DNA of 64,000 nt, taken from Alphaproteobacteria bacterium (lineage in GTDB: Bacteria; Pseudomonadota; Alphaproteobacteria; UBA7887). The DNA lies in NCBI GenBank assembly GCA_965216755.1, contig CBDCGL010000011.1:2976001-3040000 (forward strand), given 5' to 3'. The notes below the pieces were generated by a model, which made no database searches, was not told where the DNA came from, and worked only from the letters and a program-made list of their open reading frames with translations. Below, piece after piece: positions 1 to 9,917 of the stretch. Each line of letters opens with the position of its first letter. The stretch's first letter is position 1. Position numbers and translations under genes: made by a program.

Positions 1-300
1 CCGCCGAAGGGCACGCGCAATTACGGTCAAATCGGCGCGGAGTAGGCGTAAGGGCGTAGGCCGTTCGTGTCCCACCGACGCGAGTCACGACCGCTGCGGT
101 CCACGGCGAGACGGGCGGCACGCAGGTGACCCGCCGGGAAAATGGTTGACCGTGTCTGAGCGACAATTGAAAATCTTTGCGGCTGAATTCACATGAACGT
201 GCTGCGACTTGCAGTGTCGCATCCAGTGGATGGTTGCTATCAGCCGCAAACTGAGCCAGGAGACGTATGCCAATCTAAGACAACTGGGAGGAAAAAAGGG

Positions 301-2001
301 ATGAAGTGGTGGTCCCCGCGATGTTTCATCGCACCAATGGCGCTAATCGTGCCGATTGTATCTGTTGGGATTTCGGCAGAGCTTCAGGCCGGGCCGGTAC
401 GAGATACGGATTTGCTTGTGCCCGCCGGAGAAGAATGGCTGCATGTAAATGGCAATGCCGAAGGCACGCGCTATAGCACGCTGACGCAAATAAACGCAGG
501 CAATGTCGGCGAACTGAAAATGGCTTGGCTGTTCAGCACGGGCGGCGATACGTTCCACCAAGCCACGCCAGTGACCCATGACGGCATTGTGTACTTCCCA
601 CAGTCCTACTCGGTGTTTGCCATCGATGGCCGCACCGGCCGCCGTATCTGGAAGTTCCACGAAGATCCACCGGAGGATTTGGGCGGCGACAATCCCGATC
701 TGTTCCGTGGCACGCATCGCGGCGTGGCGTTGTACGGCGACAATGTCTACTACCTGACCCAAGACAATAAAATTATCGCGCTTGATCAGAAGACCGGCGA
801 CGTGGTCATGGAAACCGACCGCCTGCGCGATTATGCCAAGGCCTACGATATGGCCGAGGACGCCAACGGCTATTGGTCGACGGTGGCGCCCATGGCGATT
901 CCGGGTAAGATCATCGTGCCCATGAATGCCACCGATACGGGTGGGCTGCCCGGCTTTGTGATCGGCGTCGATCCTGATTCCGGTGAGACTCTTTGGGAAT
1001 CCAACATGATTCCGAAAGAGGGCGAGCCGGGCTATGACTCGTGGCCAGGCAACAGCGCCGACTATGGCGGTGGCGGCCCCTGGCTGACCGGATCGTTCGA
1101 CGGGGAAACCAACACCTATTTCACCGGGACGGCCAATGCCATGCCGTGGAATCCCTATGGGCGCGGCGATGGTATGATGGATAATGTTGGCGCGGCAAGT
1201 ATCGTCGCGGTCAACACCGACACGGGCGAAGTCCGATGGCGTTATGTGGTAGTGCCCGGCGATCCGTTCGATTACGACGTGCCGGGTGTGCCAATGATCA
1301 TCACGGTCGGCGGCAGCAAGACGATCGTGCAGCCGAACAAGACCGGCTACATGCATTATCTGGACGCCGCCACGGGTGAATTCCTTAGGGTCGCACGGAT
1401 TTCGGACAAGATCACTTGGGCCGAAGGCTATGGCAAGGATGGGCGGCCGATCAATCAAGTCACGCTGCCGAAAGAAGGCGATCCCCAGATCGAAATCTGG
1501 CCAAGCCTGCTTGGCGCCGTCAATCTCTATCCGAGCGCCTATAATCCGAATACCGGCATGATCTATATGCCAACCCGCCACAAGTCGATGCTGTATGGAT
1601 TCGAAAAGGTCCAGTATCGCGCCAAGGCGGCTAATTTTGGTGCAGTGTTCGAATTCCCGGAAGGCGGCAACGAAATCAATCTTGCCTATGATGTCGAGTC
1701 GGGAACCGAAGTTTGGCGTGACCACAAAGCGACAGACGGCTATGCGGGCGGTATGCTGACCACCGCCGGCAATCTCGTTTTCTATGGCAGCCAAGGCGGT
1801 ATTTTCCACGCTGTCGAGGCCACCACGGGCGAGGTCCTTTACACCTTCAACATGGGCACAACCTTCAAGGCGGGGCCGATGACGTACATGTTGGACGGCA
1901 CCCAGTATGTGGTTGGTTTGGCAGGCCACGTGCCGGGTCTTGGCAATGAAGATCATCCGCTTGAGCCGAATGGCGGCTATTTGTACGCGTTCACGCGTTA
2001 A
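301..2001 (+). CDS. PQQ-dependent dehydrogenase, alcohol/methanol-DH-like beta-propeller (atypical active site)
   Basis: Signal peptide; motifs RYSTLTQIN, ATPV, GGGPW, GTANAMPWN, DPFDYD, TTAGNLVF, PMTY-DGTQYV. ATG 301 follows GGGAGG; the ORF track starts at 193. Confidence 0.9.
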   Translation: MKWWSPRCFIAPMALIVPIVSVGISAELQAGPVRDTDLLVPAGEEWLHVNGNAEGTRYSTLTQINAGNVGELKMAWLFSTGGDTFHQATPVTHDGIVYFPQSYSVFAIDGRTGRRIWKFHEDPPEDLGGDNPDLFRGTHRGVALYGDNVYYLTQDNKIIALDQKTGDVVMETDRLRDYAKAYDMAEDANGYWSTVAPMAIPGKIIVPMNATDTGGLPGFVIGVDPDSGETLWESNMIPKEGEPGYDSWPGNSADYGGGGPWLTGSFDGETNTYFTGTANAMPWNPYGRGDGMMDNVGAASIVAVNTDTGEVRWRYVVVPGDPFDYDVPGVPMIITVGGSKTIVQPNKTGYMHYLDAATGEFLRVARISDKITWAEGYGKDGRPINQVTLPKEGDPQIEIWPSLLGAVNLYPSAYNPNTGMIYMPTRHKSMLYGFEKVQYRAKAANFGAVFEFPEGGNEINLAYDVESGTEVWRDHKATDGYAGGMLTTAGNLVFYGSQGGIFHAVEATTGEVLYTFNMGTTFKAGPMTYMLDGTQYVVGLAGHVPGLGNEDHPLEPNGGYLYAFTR

Positions 2002-2016
2002 ATCGGATGGCATGCG

Positions 2017-2055
2017 GAAAAGGGCACGGGTGCGTTTGCGCACGTGCCCTTTTTC
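2017..2055. terminator. Intrinsic (possibly bidirectional) terminator/stabiliser hairpin
   Basis: GAAAAGGGCAC-GG-GTGCG-TTTG-CGCAC-GTGCCCTTTTTC immediately after the PQQ gene stop. Confidence 0.7.
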
Positions 2056-2116
2056 TCGCCATCGCCAGCCATCGGGTAACCGACCTAAGGCCGATCAAAC
2101 GAGGATTGATGGAACG

Positions 2117-2545
2117 ATGACGCAAAAGTCTCGCCGAACCGTCCGGCTTGTTATTTTGGGATTCTGTGTTGTGGCCATGGGCGCGTGGTCGATCGCCGGA
2201 CGCGTGCACGCCTCACCATCTGAGGTTGAATCGTCAAATCCCCTCAGTGGTGACGAAGACGCCATTGAGACGGGGGCACAGCTGTTTGCGGAAAACTGCA
2301 CCCTCTGTCACGGGCGCAAGGCGAACGGCAAAACCGGTCGATGGGCCTCCGCCGATCTGACCAAGTACAGAAAAGGCTATACCCGGTTTCTCAAAATCGT
2401 TCAAAAGGGTGTCGAGCCAAAGCGCGGATCAAACAACCAAATGCCGCCGTGGGAAGAGTTTCTGGATGAGACACAAATCGGAATGATTGGTGCTTATTTG
2501 GAGACTTTGGCCGCGCGCGGCGCAAAGTGGGTTGATCCGAAATAA
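2117..2545 (+). CDS. Periplasmic cytochrome c, likely electron acceptor of the PQQ dehydrogenase
   Basis: Signal peptide, NPLSGDEDAI, CTLCH haem motif, distal MPPW; GAGGA upstream of ATG 2117. Confidence 0.9.
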   Translation: MTQKSRRTVRLVILGFCVVAMGAWSIAGRVHASPSEVESSNPLSGDEDAIETGAQLFAENCTLCHGRKANGKTGRWASADLTKYRKGYTRFLKIVQKGVEPKRGSNNQMPPWEEFLDETQIGMIGAYLETLAARGAKWVDPK

Positions 2546-2547
2546 AA

Positions 2548-3009
2548 GTGAGCCGCCGTGTTGCGGACTCGACCGACGCAGTCAAGAGGATCAGAACATT
2601 GGCCACGATCGATGAACGCCTTGGGCGACTGGAAAGACGGGTCAGGTTTTTTCAAGCCACAACGTGTATTTTGTTTCTTTTGGTGACCACGCCGATCGTG
2701 CTCGGCGCAACAACACAGATACCAGAGGTGATTCAAGCGCGCGCCTTCGAAGTGGTTGACGCAAGCGGCAGACCGGTCGTGCAACTGGAGTCAAAGGACG
2801 AAGGCGGCCGCGTTTGGGTGTGGAACAAACGCGGCAAGGTGACGCTTTCGCTGTCCAACGACGAAAACCAAGATGGCGTGTTTCGACTCTATGCGCACAA
2901 GGGCAATCGCGGTTTGCCCTATGTCGTGATTTCCGCTGACGCCGCAGGCGGACGGATCACGATCGAAAGCGACGGTGACGCCCAACGGGTCATCGAACCC
3001 GGCCCTTGA
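2548..3009 (+). CDS. Hypothetical membrane-anchored beta-rich protein
   Basis: Starts 2 bp after the cytochrome c stop; short coiled coil, one TM helix, then EVIQARAFEVVDASG and beta-strand-like repeats. Confidence 0.65.
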   Translation: MSRRVADSTDAVKRIRTLATIDERLGRLERRVRFFQATTCILFLLVTTPIVLGATTQIPEVIQARAFEVVDASGRPVVQLESKDEGGRVWVWNKRGKVTLSLSNDENQDGVFRLYAHKGNRGLPYVVISADAAGGRITIESDGDAQRVIEPGP

Positions 3010-3055
3010 ACCCGGCGGGCGGGCCCCATCTGTTCGGCCGGGCTGTGCCCGGATG

Positions 3056-4372
3056 TCATACAAGGACCAAAGCCAATTCTGGCACCAAGATAATCAATAC
3101 CACGACAAGAAGCATGATCACGGCAAACGGAAACGCACCCGCAAAAATATCGAACAAACTGATTTCGTCTGTGGAAAGCGTGCTCTTGATCACGTAGGCG
3201 GCGATGCCCAAAGGCGGGGTCAACAAACCGATTTCAACGCCGATCACTGTGATCACGCCAAACCAAACCAGATCAACGTCAAACGGGGCCAGCATCGGCA
3301 TGAACAACGGCACCACGATCAGAATGATCGACGTGGAATCCAGCACGGTCCCAAGCACCAACAATATGACGACGTAAACGGCGAGCAATCCGTAAAGGCC
3401 GAATTCCGCCGTGGCCACGGCAGTGCCGAGCTGTCCGCTGATCCCTGACAACCCCAGCATGCGGCTGTACATGCTTGCGGCGATAACCAAAAAACAAATC
3501 GACGCGGTGATGTGTCCGGTTTCAATCAGCACATGCCAAAACGCACGCAGATTCAACTTGCCCTTGGCCAACGCGATAACCAGTGCGCCGAGCGCGCCGG
3601 CGGCGCCGGCCTCAGTTGGCGTGAACACGCCACCGTAAATACCGCCGATCACCAGTGCCACCAACAGCCCGATGGGCGCTAGCTTGCCGGCGATTTCTGG
3701 GCCGCTTAAATGGCCGGCATCCGGCGCACCGGCGGATGCCAGCGCGCCGCCGACATAGCCGGGCGTGAATCGCGCCATGGCGATGATCGCCAAACAAAAC
3801 GCCGCCGAAAGAACGATGCCCGGAACGATGGCCGCCAAGAACATATCGCCGACCGATTGCTCGGTCAGCACGGCGTAAATGATCAACAGCAGACTTGGCG
3901 GAATGAGCATGCCGAGGATGGAGCTGCCGGCCACGACGCCGACGGCAAATCGTGGTCGGTAGCCGAACCGCAACATCTCGGGCACTGCCACGCGGGTGAA
4001 GATTGCCGCCGACGCGATGCTGATGCCGGTGATCGCCGCGAACACCGCGTTGGCCGCCACCGTTGCGATTCCCAAGCCGGCGCGCACACGACGAAACGCC
4101 TGATTGGCGACCGCGAACGCATCGCTACCCATGTCGGCGGCGCCAACCAGCAGCCCCATCAAAACAAACAACGGGATGACGCCAAAGATATAGCTAGAAA
4201 TGCTATCCGACGCGGCCAGCGTCAAAAGCTTGACCGCGACGGTCAAGTTGCCCTTGATTGCCCAAACGCCCAGAAACGAAACCAGGGCCAAGACCACAGG
4301 CACATACATGCCGAGGTAAATCAGCGCTAAGATGAGCGCGATGGACGCGACCCCGATTTCAATCCCGGTCAC
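3056..4372 (-). CDS. dctM: TRAP transporter large permease
   Basis: Highly hydrophobic 438 aa; IPLFVLMG, LGMLIPPS, GVFTPTEAG, IGLLTPPLG. Confidence 0.95.
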   Translation of the reverse strand: MTGIEIGVASIALILALIYLGMYVPVVLALVSFLGVWAIKGNLTVAVKLLTLAASDSISSYIFGVIPLFVLMGLLVGAADMGSDAFAVANQAFRRVRAGLGIATVAANAVFAAITGISIASAAIFTRVAVPEMLRFGYRPRFAVGVVAGSSILGMLIPPSLLLIIYAVLTEQSVGDMFLAAIVPGIVLSAAFCLAIIAMARFTPGYVGGALASAGAPDAGHLSGPEIAGKLAPIGLLVALVIGGIYGGVFTPTEAGAAGALGALVIALAKGKLNLRAFWHVLIETGHITASICFLVIAASMYSRMLGLSGISGQLGTAVATAEFGLYGLLAVYVVILLVLGTVLDSTSIILIVVPLFMPMLAPFDVDLVWFGVITVIGVEIGLLTPPLGIAAYVIKSTLSTDEISLFDIFAGAFPFAVIMLLVVVLIILVPELALVLV

Positions 4373-4947
4373 GGGCGTGCGTCATCCCTTGGCCGATCCA
4401 CGCGCGGCGCGCCGTGTGCCAGGTCACGATACAAGAGCAGTGCAAACTGAATCGCCAAGGCCGCGCAGCCGACAACAATGATCAATCGCACGGGCCAAAC
4501 CGGGGCAACGAATATGCCCTGATTGCCGACATAGTGGCCTTTTGTCCAAGCTTGGGTAAAACGCGGCACGCTGCCGTACAGGATAATCAATGACAAAAAC
4601 ACGCCGGTGGCGTTGAACACCGCCGAAAGACCGCGCGCGATTGTCGGCGCGCGATCGCCAATGCGGCTGAATGCTGCATCGGAGCGTGTTAGGCGACCGA
4701 CCCGCAGGGTGTGCGGCAACTGCAGAAAAACGATTCCAACAATCGATAGCTCGACATTTTCCTTTACCCCTGGCACCGGACTGGACAAAAGAAATCGGCC
4801 AAAAATATCGAGGTTGATCAAAACCATCAGGCCAAAGATGCAGGCCGTGCCAACCGCATTGAGCGCGGCGACCACGCCGGCAAACGACCACGGTCGCCAT
4901 GGCGCGGGCGGCGCGGATTGGCTGCCGGTAGATGGCGCGGGGGGCAT
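4369..4947 (-). CDS. dctQ: TRAP transporter small permease
   Basis: 4 TM helices; DIFGRF...PVPGV.E; overlaps the dctM start by 4 bp. Confidence 0.9.
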   Translation of the reverse strand: MPPAPSTGSQSAPPAPWRPWSFAGVVAALNAVGTACIFGLMVLINLDIFGRFLLSSPVPGVKENVELSIVGIVFLQLPHTLRVGRLTRSDAAFSRIGDRAPTIARGLSAVFNATGVFLSLIILYGSVPRFTQAWTKGHYVGNQGIFVAPVWPVRLIIVVGCAALAIQFALLLYRDLAHGAPRVDRPRDDARP

Positions 4948-4962
4948 CGCGATACCGCCGCG

Positions 4963-6057
4963 CTAGCGATCCCAGTCGCGATAGATCGGCTGATCGGCGG
5001 CGCGCATGCTGTCCATGTAGGCTTCAAGTATGGCCCGACCCGGCAGGCCTTGAGATTCCAGGTCATCGGCCCATGCACCGGCAATATCGGGCAAAGCGTT
5101 CGCCCATTGCTTGCGCTGATCCTGCGCCAATTCGAGGATTTCACCACCATTGTCGGTATAGGCCTGCATACCCTTTGTGGCCGTATCGACGACGAATTTG
5201 GCCGACTCATCGCGATAGTCGATGGCGACGTCCCGCAGAACTTCTTGGACGACGGCGGGCAACGTGTCCCACACGTCTTTGTTGACCGTCACGGCGAACG
5301 AATTGACCGCGCCCAGATCGGCCTTGAGGTAATAGGGCGCGACTTCATAGAGCTTGAAGTTGCCGGCGGCTTCCGCCCAAACGATGCAGCCTTCATAGAT
5401 GCCGTTCTTGATGCCGTTGTACCATTCGGCTAGGGTTGAATTGACTCCCGTTGCGCCGATCCCCTCCAGCCACAGCAGGTTCGGTCCCGCGCCGCCGATC
5501 TTCATGCCGTCAAAATCCGCGAGCGCCCGGATCGGTGTCGCGGTCACGACCTGATAGGTGTCAACCGTACCCGTCGCCGCCAGATAGACCTGGTTGTATT
5601 GGTCCCAGCTCTGTTGCATTTCGGGAAAACGCGCCGTCAAGGAATCGATCGTGCGCACCACCAAAGGCAAATCATCGGTCACAAATGGCGTCACGAAGGC
5701 GACGTTGTAGAGCGGCAGTTTGTCGACGTGAAACGGTGTCACAACGATGCCGATATCACCAATCCCGGTCTCGATCGCTTCGAACTCGCCGCGCGGTTTG
5801 ACGACGGTCCCGCTGAATCCCTCGGTCCATGCGATGTCATAGTCACCACCGCGTTCGGCCAGGCGCCGGTCAACTTCGGGCATGAAATAGGCCTGAAACA
5901 TGTGCACCCAAGACGCCACCGGCGAATAGCCGGAAACCGCGGTCAAGCTGATTGTCTCGGCGCGCGCCGCCTCTATGGCCCCGGTCGATAGGGCCAAGAG
6001 CGCCAATCCAATTTTGGCCAGACGCGCCGCATATTTGTTGGCTGGACAATGGCTCAT
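4963..6057 (-). CDS. dctP: TRAP transporter substrate-binding protein (DctP family)
   Basis: Signal peptide; DIGIV, DFDGMKIG, LYEVAPY, VNKDVWDTLP; operonic with dctQM. Confidence 0.9.
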   Translation of the reverse strand: MSHCPANKYAARLAKIGLALLALSTGAIEAARAETISLTAVSGYSPVASWVHMFQAYFMPEVDRRLAERGGDYDIAWTEGFSGTVVKPRGEFEAIETGIGDIGIVVTPFHVDKLPLYNVAFVTPFVTDDLPLVVRTIDSLTARFPEMQQSWDQYNQVYLAATGTVDTYQVVTATPIRALADFDGMKIGGAGPNLLWLEGIGATGVNSTLAEWYNGIKNGIYEGCIVWAEAAGNFKLYEVAPYYLKADLGAVNSFAVTVNKDVWDTLPAVVQEVLRDVAIDYRDESAKFVVDTATKGMQAYTDNGGEILELAQDQRKQWANALPDIAGAWADDLESQGLPGRAILEAYMDSMRAADQPIYRDWDR

Positions 6058-6134
6058 GGAATCCTTCCCTACGCGCGCGGCCGCCCGCCCGCGGTCAATG
6101 GCCACTGCATTTGCAAGGGGCCCGAACCGTATCT

Positions 6135-7046
6135 TTAGGTCAGCGTGCCTTTCAGCCAGGCAGCCTGTGAGCGGCCCACCTTCGCCAAGTGGTCCTCATC
6201 TGAATAAAGGCTCATATGCGATACGCCCTCGACCACATCCAAGACTTTGTTGGGGTTGGTGATCGCATTGAATGACTGAATCTCCAGATCGGCTGAGGTG
6301 ATGTTGTCGCCTTTCGCAACACTCATCATGACGTCGGTGTCGATAATGCGTTCGCAAAATGGATCGACATTGTAGTCCAACAGCAGTTCGACGGACTCAA
6401 TCGTGTTCCAATGTTCGTGATTGGGCGCTTCGCGCTGTTTGATTTCGTTGAAGATCCGACAGACATGCGGGTACGGCCAAGAACTCAATTCGTTGTAGGG
6501 ATCCGCCGACGACATCGGCATCGTACCGCCTTGGCCGGATTCGAACCGGCGCTGGCGATCTTCTGCGATGGTGGCCATAAGCTCGGCGAAACGGCGTTCG
6601 CCGTGGCAGCGGCGCATGGTCTGGAAGCCGTTGACGACCGGAATCGTGGAAATTGCCCATTTGGCGCGACGATCAGTGGCTGCGGCGACCAGAACATGAC
6701 CGCCGCTATAAGAAATGCCCCATATGCCGACCCGCGCGGGATCACACTCAGGCAGGGTATGGGCAAAGCTTATCGCGTTCTTGTAGTCTTCAATTTGATC
6801 CCACGGATTGATGTGCTGGCGTGGCGCGCCGCCCGACTCGCCAAATCGACGATAGTCGAACAACAAAGTTGCGATCCCAACTTCGTGAAAGAACTTGGCG
6901 TAGTAGGGCATGACAATTTCTTTAGTATAGCACCAACCGCCCGCCATCACCTGCAAGGGCACCGGACCCGATACACCGTCTGGGATCTGCAGCGTGCCGA
7001 CAATATTATCGCCGCAGCTCTTGAATTCGATACGCTTTTCTTGCAT
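6135..7046 (-). CDS. Alpha/beta hydrolase (peptidase S15-like)
   Basis: FDYRRFGESGG-PRQ, nucleophile elbow GISYSG, D (GDNIT) and H (GVSHM); GGGAGG before ATG 7046. Confidence 0.85.
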   Translation of the reverse strand: MQEKRIEFKSCGDNIVGTLQIPDGVSGPVPLQVMAGGWCYTKEIVMPYYAKFFHEVGIATLLFDYRRFGESGGAPRQHINPWDQIEDYKNAISFAHTLPECDPARVGIWGISYSGGHVLVAAATDRRAKWAISTIPVVNGFQTMRRCHGERRFAELMATIAEDRQRRFESGQGGTMPMSSADPYNELSSWPYPHVCRIFNEIKQREAPNHEHWNTIESVELLLDYNVDPFCERIIDTDVMMSVAKGDNITSADLEIQSFNAITNPNKVLDVVEGVSHMSLYSDEDHLAKVGRSQAAWLKGTLT

Positions 7047-7295
7047 CGCATGGACCTCCCAGTTCGTGTTCAGCGACCGGCCACCGGCATCGCCGCGCAC
7101 GCCCTCGCCTTTGGCTTGGCACATGCGCGCCGGCAGCAACCAATCGTGCCACAAGGTTGCGGATCAATTCGTCGCAACTCTTCGTGCGCGGCTATTATGG
7201 CACGAACGCGAGTCAGAATCGGCAGCAATTTGCTGGGGTGTTTCGCGGTCGGTCCTGTCGACGTCAAAACCCGCCCACTCCACCACTGTGCCGCG

Positions 7296-9194
7296 TTACT
7301 CGAGGCCGGCGGCTTGTAGACCTTGGTCGAGAACGGCGCGATGCTCGGCGTCGACGAAATGAGCGGTGAACTGCTCAATGCGAAAAAACGGCCAGGCGGC
7401 GCGCACATCACGTGCGGCCGCCGCGGCGCGATCTTGTTCGCCGAGTTGGGCAAGGGTCGCGGCAAGAACCGCCGGCCGATAATATGGTGGCACGGAAGAA
7501 TCCTTGATCGCGCTGCGCTCAACGGCCTTGAGCGCGTCGGCAAAGTGACCTTCGACATAATGCGCGAGCGCCAAGTGGACCAGCCATCCGGTGCGCAGAT
7601 TCGGATCCAATTTCAAAGCCGTCTCGAGGGAGTCGATCGCGTGCGGGGCGTCGCCCATGTACAGGCGCACAGTGCCGCGCACCGCATGGCTTTCCGCATG
7701 ACTTGGATTGAGAATCACGGCACGATCGACACTATTTAAGGCGCCGGCATAGTCGCCCTTGCCCATCAGGGCCTCGCCCAGCAACCGATAGGCTTCGGCG
7801 TGGGTATCGTCGATGGCGATGGCCTCGCGCGCGAGTTCTTCGCTGCGGTTCAGGCTTGCCTCAAGAAACTCGGTCCAACCGCGCGAAAACGAGTCCTGGT
7901 ACACCTGCCCGAGCCCGACATACGCGCTGGCGTAGTTGCGATCCAGCGTCAGGGCTTGTTCGAAAGCCTTGCGCGCCTGTTCGTTCGCCGCGCGCGTATA
8001 TCGCGAAAGATAGGCCCAGCCATGCAACGCATAATCATAGGCTTCAAGGCTCTTGGTCGGCTTATCAAACGCGCGGTCTTGTTCGATCTTAGTCAATCGG
8101 CCGACCAACGTTGCCGCGACGCGTTGGGTAATTTCTTTCTGAACATTGAACACATCCGCCAGTTCGGCGTCGTAATCTTGCGACCAGAGCAGCAGACCGC
8201 GGCGCGCCTCGGTCAGCTCGACGCTGATCCGCAGGCGCTCGCCGCCGCGCCGGACGTTGCCTGTCAGCAGATACTGAACACCAAGTTTGGTTGCGACTCG
8301 GTCAAGGTCAACTTTGGTGCCCTTGTATTGACTGACCGCGTTGCTGGCGATCACCGCCAGATCGGGATAGCGCCCCAAAGCGCCGATGATATCTTCGGTC
8401 ACGCCATGGCTAAAATAAGCCTGCTCATCATCGCCGCGCATGTCCGCGAAGGGCAGCACCGCGATAAAGGTGCGATTTTCGATGTCACCGATGGTGGCGG
8501 CGGTGTGGGGAGGCGTGAATAGATCGAACACAGTGGGGCGAAGCGCCCAACCCGTAATCAATAGCGCGACAATGGCGGCGATCGCGGCCAGCGCGGTGCC
8601 GAAACGCCGCGGGAGTCGAGGCGTGGAGGTCCGTGGCGCGGCCGTGCCATCGATATCTATGCGATAAACACCCACCGGCTTGGCGATGTTCTTGACGGAT
8701 TTTTCGCCCAGGAAATCGAAACGCGCTTGGACGTGACCATCGACAAAATCGCGAACATTGTTGGACACGCAAATCCCGCCCGGGTCCGCCAGCGCTTCCA
8801 TGCGCGCCGCGATATTGACACCATCGCCATAGACAGTGCCGTCGTCCTGCTCAATCACGTCACCCAAATTGATGCCGATGCGAAACAGCATGCGCCGATC
8901 GGGGGGGAGCGCTTCGTTGCGGGCGCGCAAGTCGATTTGAATGCTGATGGCGGCACGCACCGCCTCGATCGCACTCGGGAACTCGGCCAGGATCGCGTCA
9001 CCGGCAAAGTTGACGATTCGCCCGCCATGGGCCTCAACATGGCCCTCGATTGCGGCCCGACGCGCGGTCAAGGCATGAAGCGTTGCCTCATCGTTGTCGC
9101 CCATCAAGCGTGAGTAGCCGACAACATCTGCGCTCATCAGCGCTGCGAGTTTCCGCTTGGTTTGGCGGCCGCGATCGTAGCTCTCTGATTTCAT
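7296..9194 (-). CDS. Class III adenylate/guanylate cyclase with TM, TolB-like domain and TPR repeats
   Basis: ADVVGYS, AGDA, RIGINLGDV, GDGVNIAAR; IAVLPF; C-terminal TPRs. Confidence 0.92.
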   Translation of the reverse strand: MKSESYDRGRQTKRKLAALMSADVVGYSRLMGDNDEATLHALTARRAAIEGHVEAHGGRIVNFAGDAILAEFPSAIEAVRAAISIQIDLRARNEALPPDRRMLFRIGINLGDVIEQDDGTVYGDGVNIAARMEALADPGGICVSNNVRDFVDGHVQARFDFLGEKSVKNIAKPVGVYRIDIDGTAAPRTSTPRLPRRFGTALAAIAAIVALLITGWALRPTVFDLFTPPHTAATIGDIENRTFIAVLPFADMRGDDEQAYFSHGVTEDIIGALGRYPDLAVIASNAVSQYKGTKVDLDRVATKLGVQYLLTGNVRRGGERLRISVELTEARRGLLLWSQDYDAELADVFNVQKEITQRVAATLVGRLTKIEQDRAFDKPTKSLEAYDYALHGWAYLSRYTRAANEQARKAFEQALTLDRNYASAYVGLGQVYQDSFSRGWTEFLEASLNRSEELAREAIAIDDTHAEAYRLLGEALMGKGDYAGALNSVDRAVILNPSHAESHAVRGTVRLYMGDAPHAIDSLETALKLDPNLRTGWLVHLALAHYVEGHFADALKAVERSAIKDSSVPPYYRPAVLAATLAQLGEQDRAAAAARDVRAAWPFFRIEQFTAHFVDAEHRAVLDQGLQAAGLE

Positions 9195-9273
9195 GAATCT
9201 TTCCGAAGGGTGCCCGCTAGTCTACAATCAAACGCGTGATGGATGAAGCGCGTCAAAACGCGCGGCATCGAGG

Positions 9274-9831
9274 ATGGCTAATAGACTCCGGAGAACGATT
9301 ATCGCTTCGTTGCTAAAGACAGCGATCGGGCGCGTGTTCGTGGGGGCGATCGTAATCTTTGTGGCCGTGATCGCGGTTGTTCTTGTTTTCACGTGGGGGC
9401 CGGAAAGCGACGCCATCGAGAGCCCGTTTGTGGCATCGGTCTCAGGCGTCGCGATATCCGGCTATGACCCGGTCGCCTATTTTACCGAAGGTCGACCGGT
9501 GCAAGGGGTGGCCGAGCACGCGGTGATCTGGCGCGATGCGCGATGGCAATTCATGAACGCTGAGCACAAACGCATGTTCGAACAGAACCCTGAGCGTTTT
9601 GCACCGCAATTTGGCGGCTATTGCGCGGCCTGGATCGCCAGTTCGGGAGAACGGCTGCGGGCGGATCCCGAAGTGTGGACCATCGTCAACAACAAGTTGT
9701 ATCTGAATTTCGATGCGGCGATGCAGCACGAATTCGAAGCCAACGAAGGCACAAACATCTCTAGAGCTGAACGCAATTGGACGGCGCTCGTGCAAAAAGA
9801 GATGCAGCAGACCGACGACGCGGGAAGATGA
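9274..9831 (+). CDS. YHS-domain protein
   Basis: AISGYDPVAYF, PERFAPQFGGYCA, KLYLNF; N-terminal TM. Confidence 0.88.
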   Translation: MANRLRRTIIASLLKTAIGRVFVGAIVIFVAVIAVVLVFTWGPESDAIESPFVASVSGVAISGYDPVAYFTEGRPVQGVAEHAVIWRDARWQFMNAEHKRMFEQNPERFAPQFGGYCAAWIASSGERLRADPEVWTIVNNKLYLNFDAAMQHEFEANEGTNISRAERNWTALVQKEMQQTDDAGR

Positions 9832-9917
9832 CTCCGCATTGCCTGCGTGGCTATGATCGACGCTGAGGTGGAGCGCGCTGGCGATCGACAGCTGTGGTTC
9901 CGGAAAGGGTTAGAGAT

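Noticed and set aside
343-2043. 566-aa ORF antisense to the PQQ dehydrogenase (likewise 55062-57026, 39736-40698, 32618-33619, 6411-7319)
   Set aside because: Shadow ORFs expected from high-GC codon bias opposite clear genes; no motifs
7134-7152. Sigma54-like TGGCACG...TTGC upstream of the hydrolase/TRAP operon
   Set aside because: GG-to-GC spacing is one base too long for a -24/-12 promoter
9274-9831. Selenoprotein possibility for the YHS protein
   Set aside because: The GGYC position is a TGC Cys; no in-frame TGA
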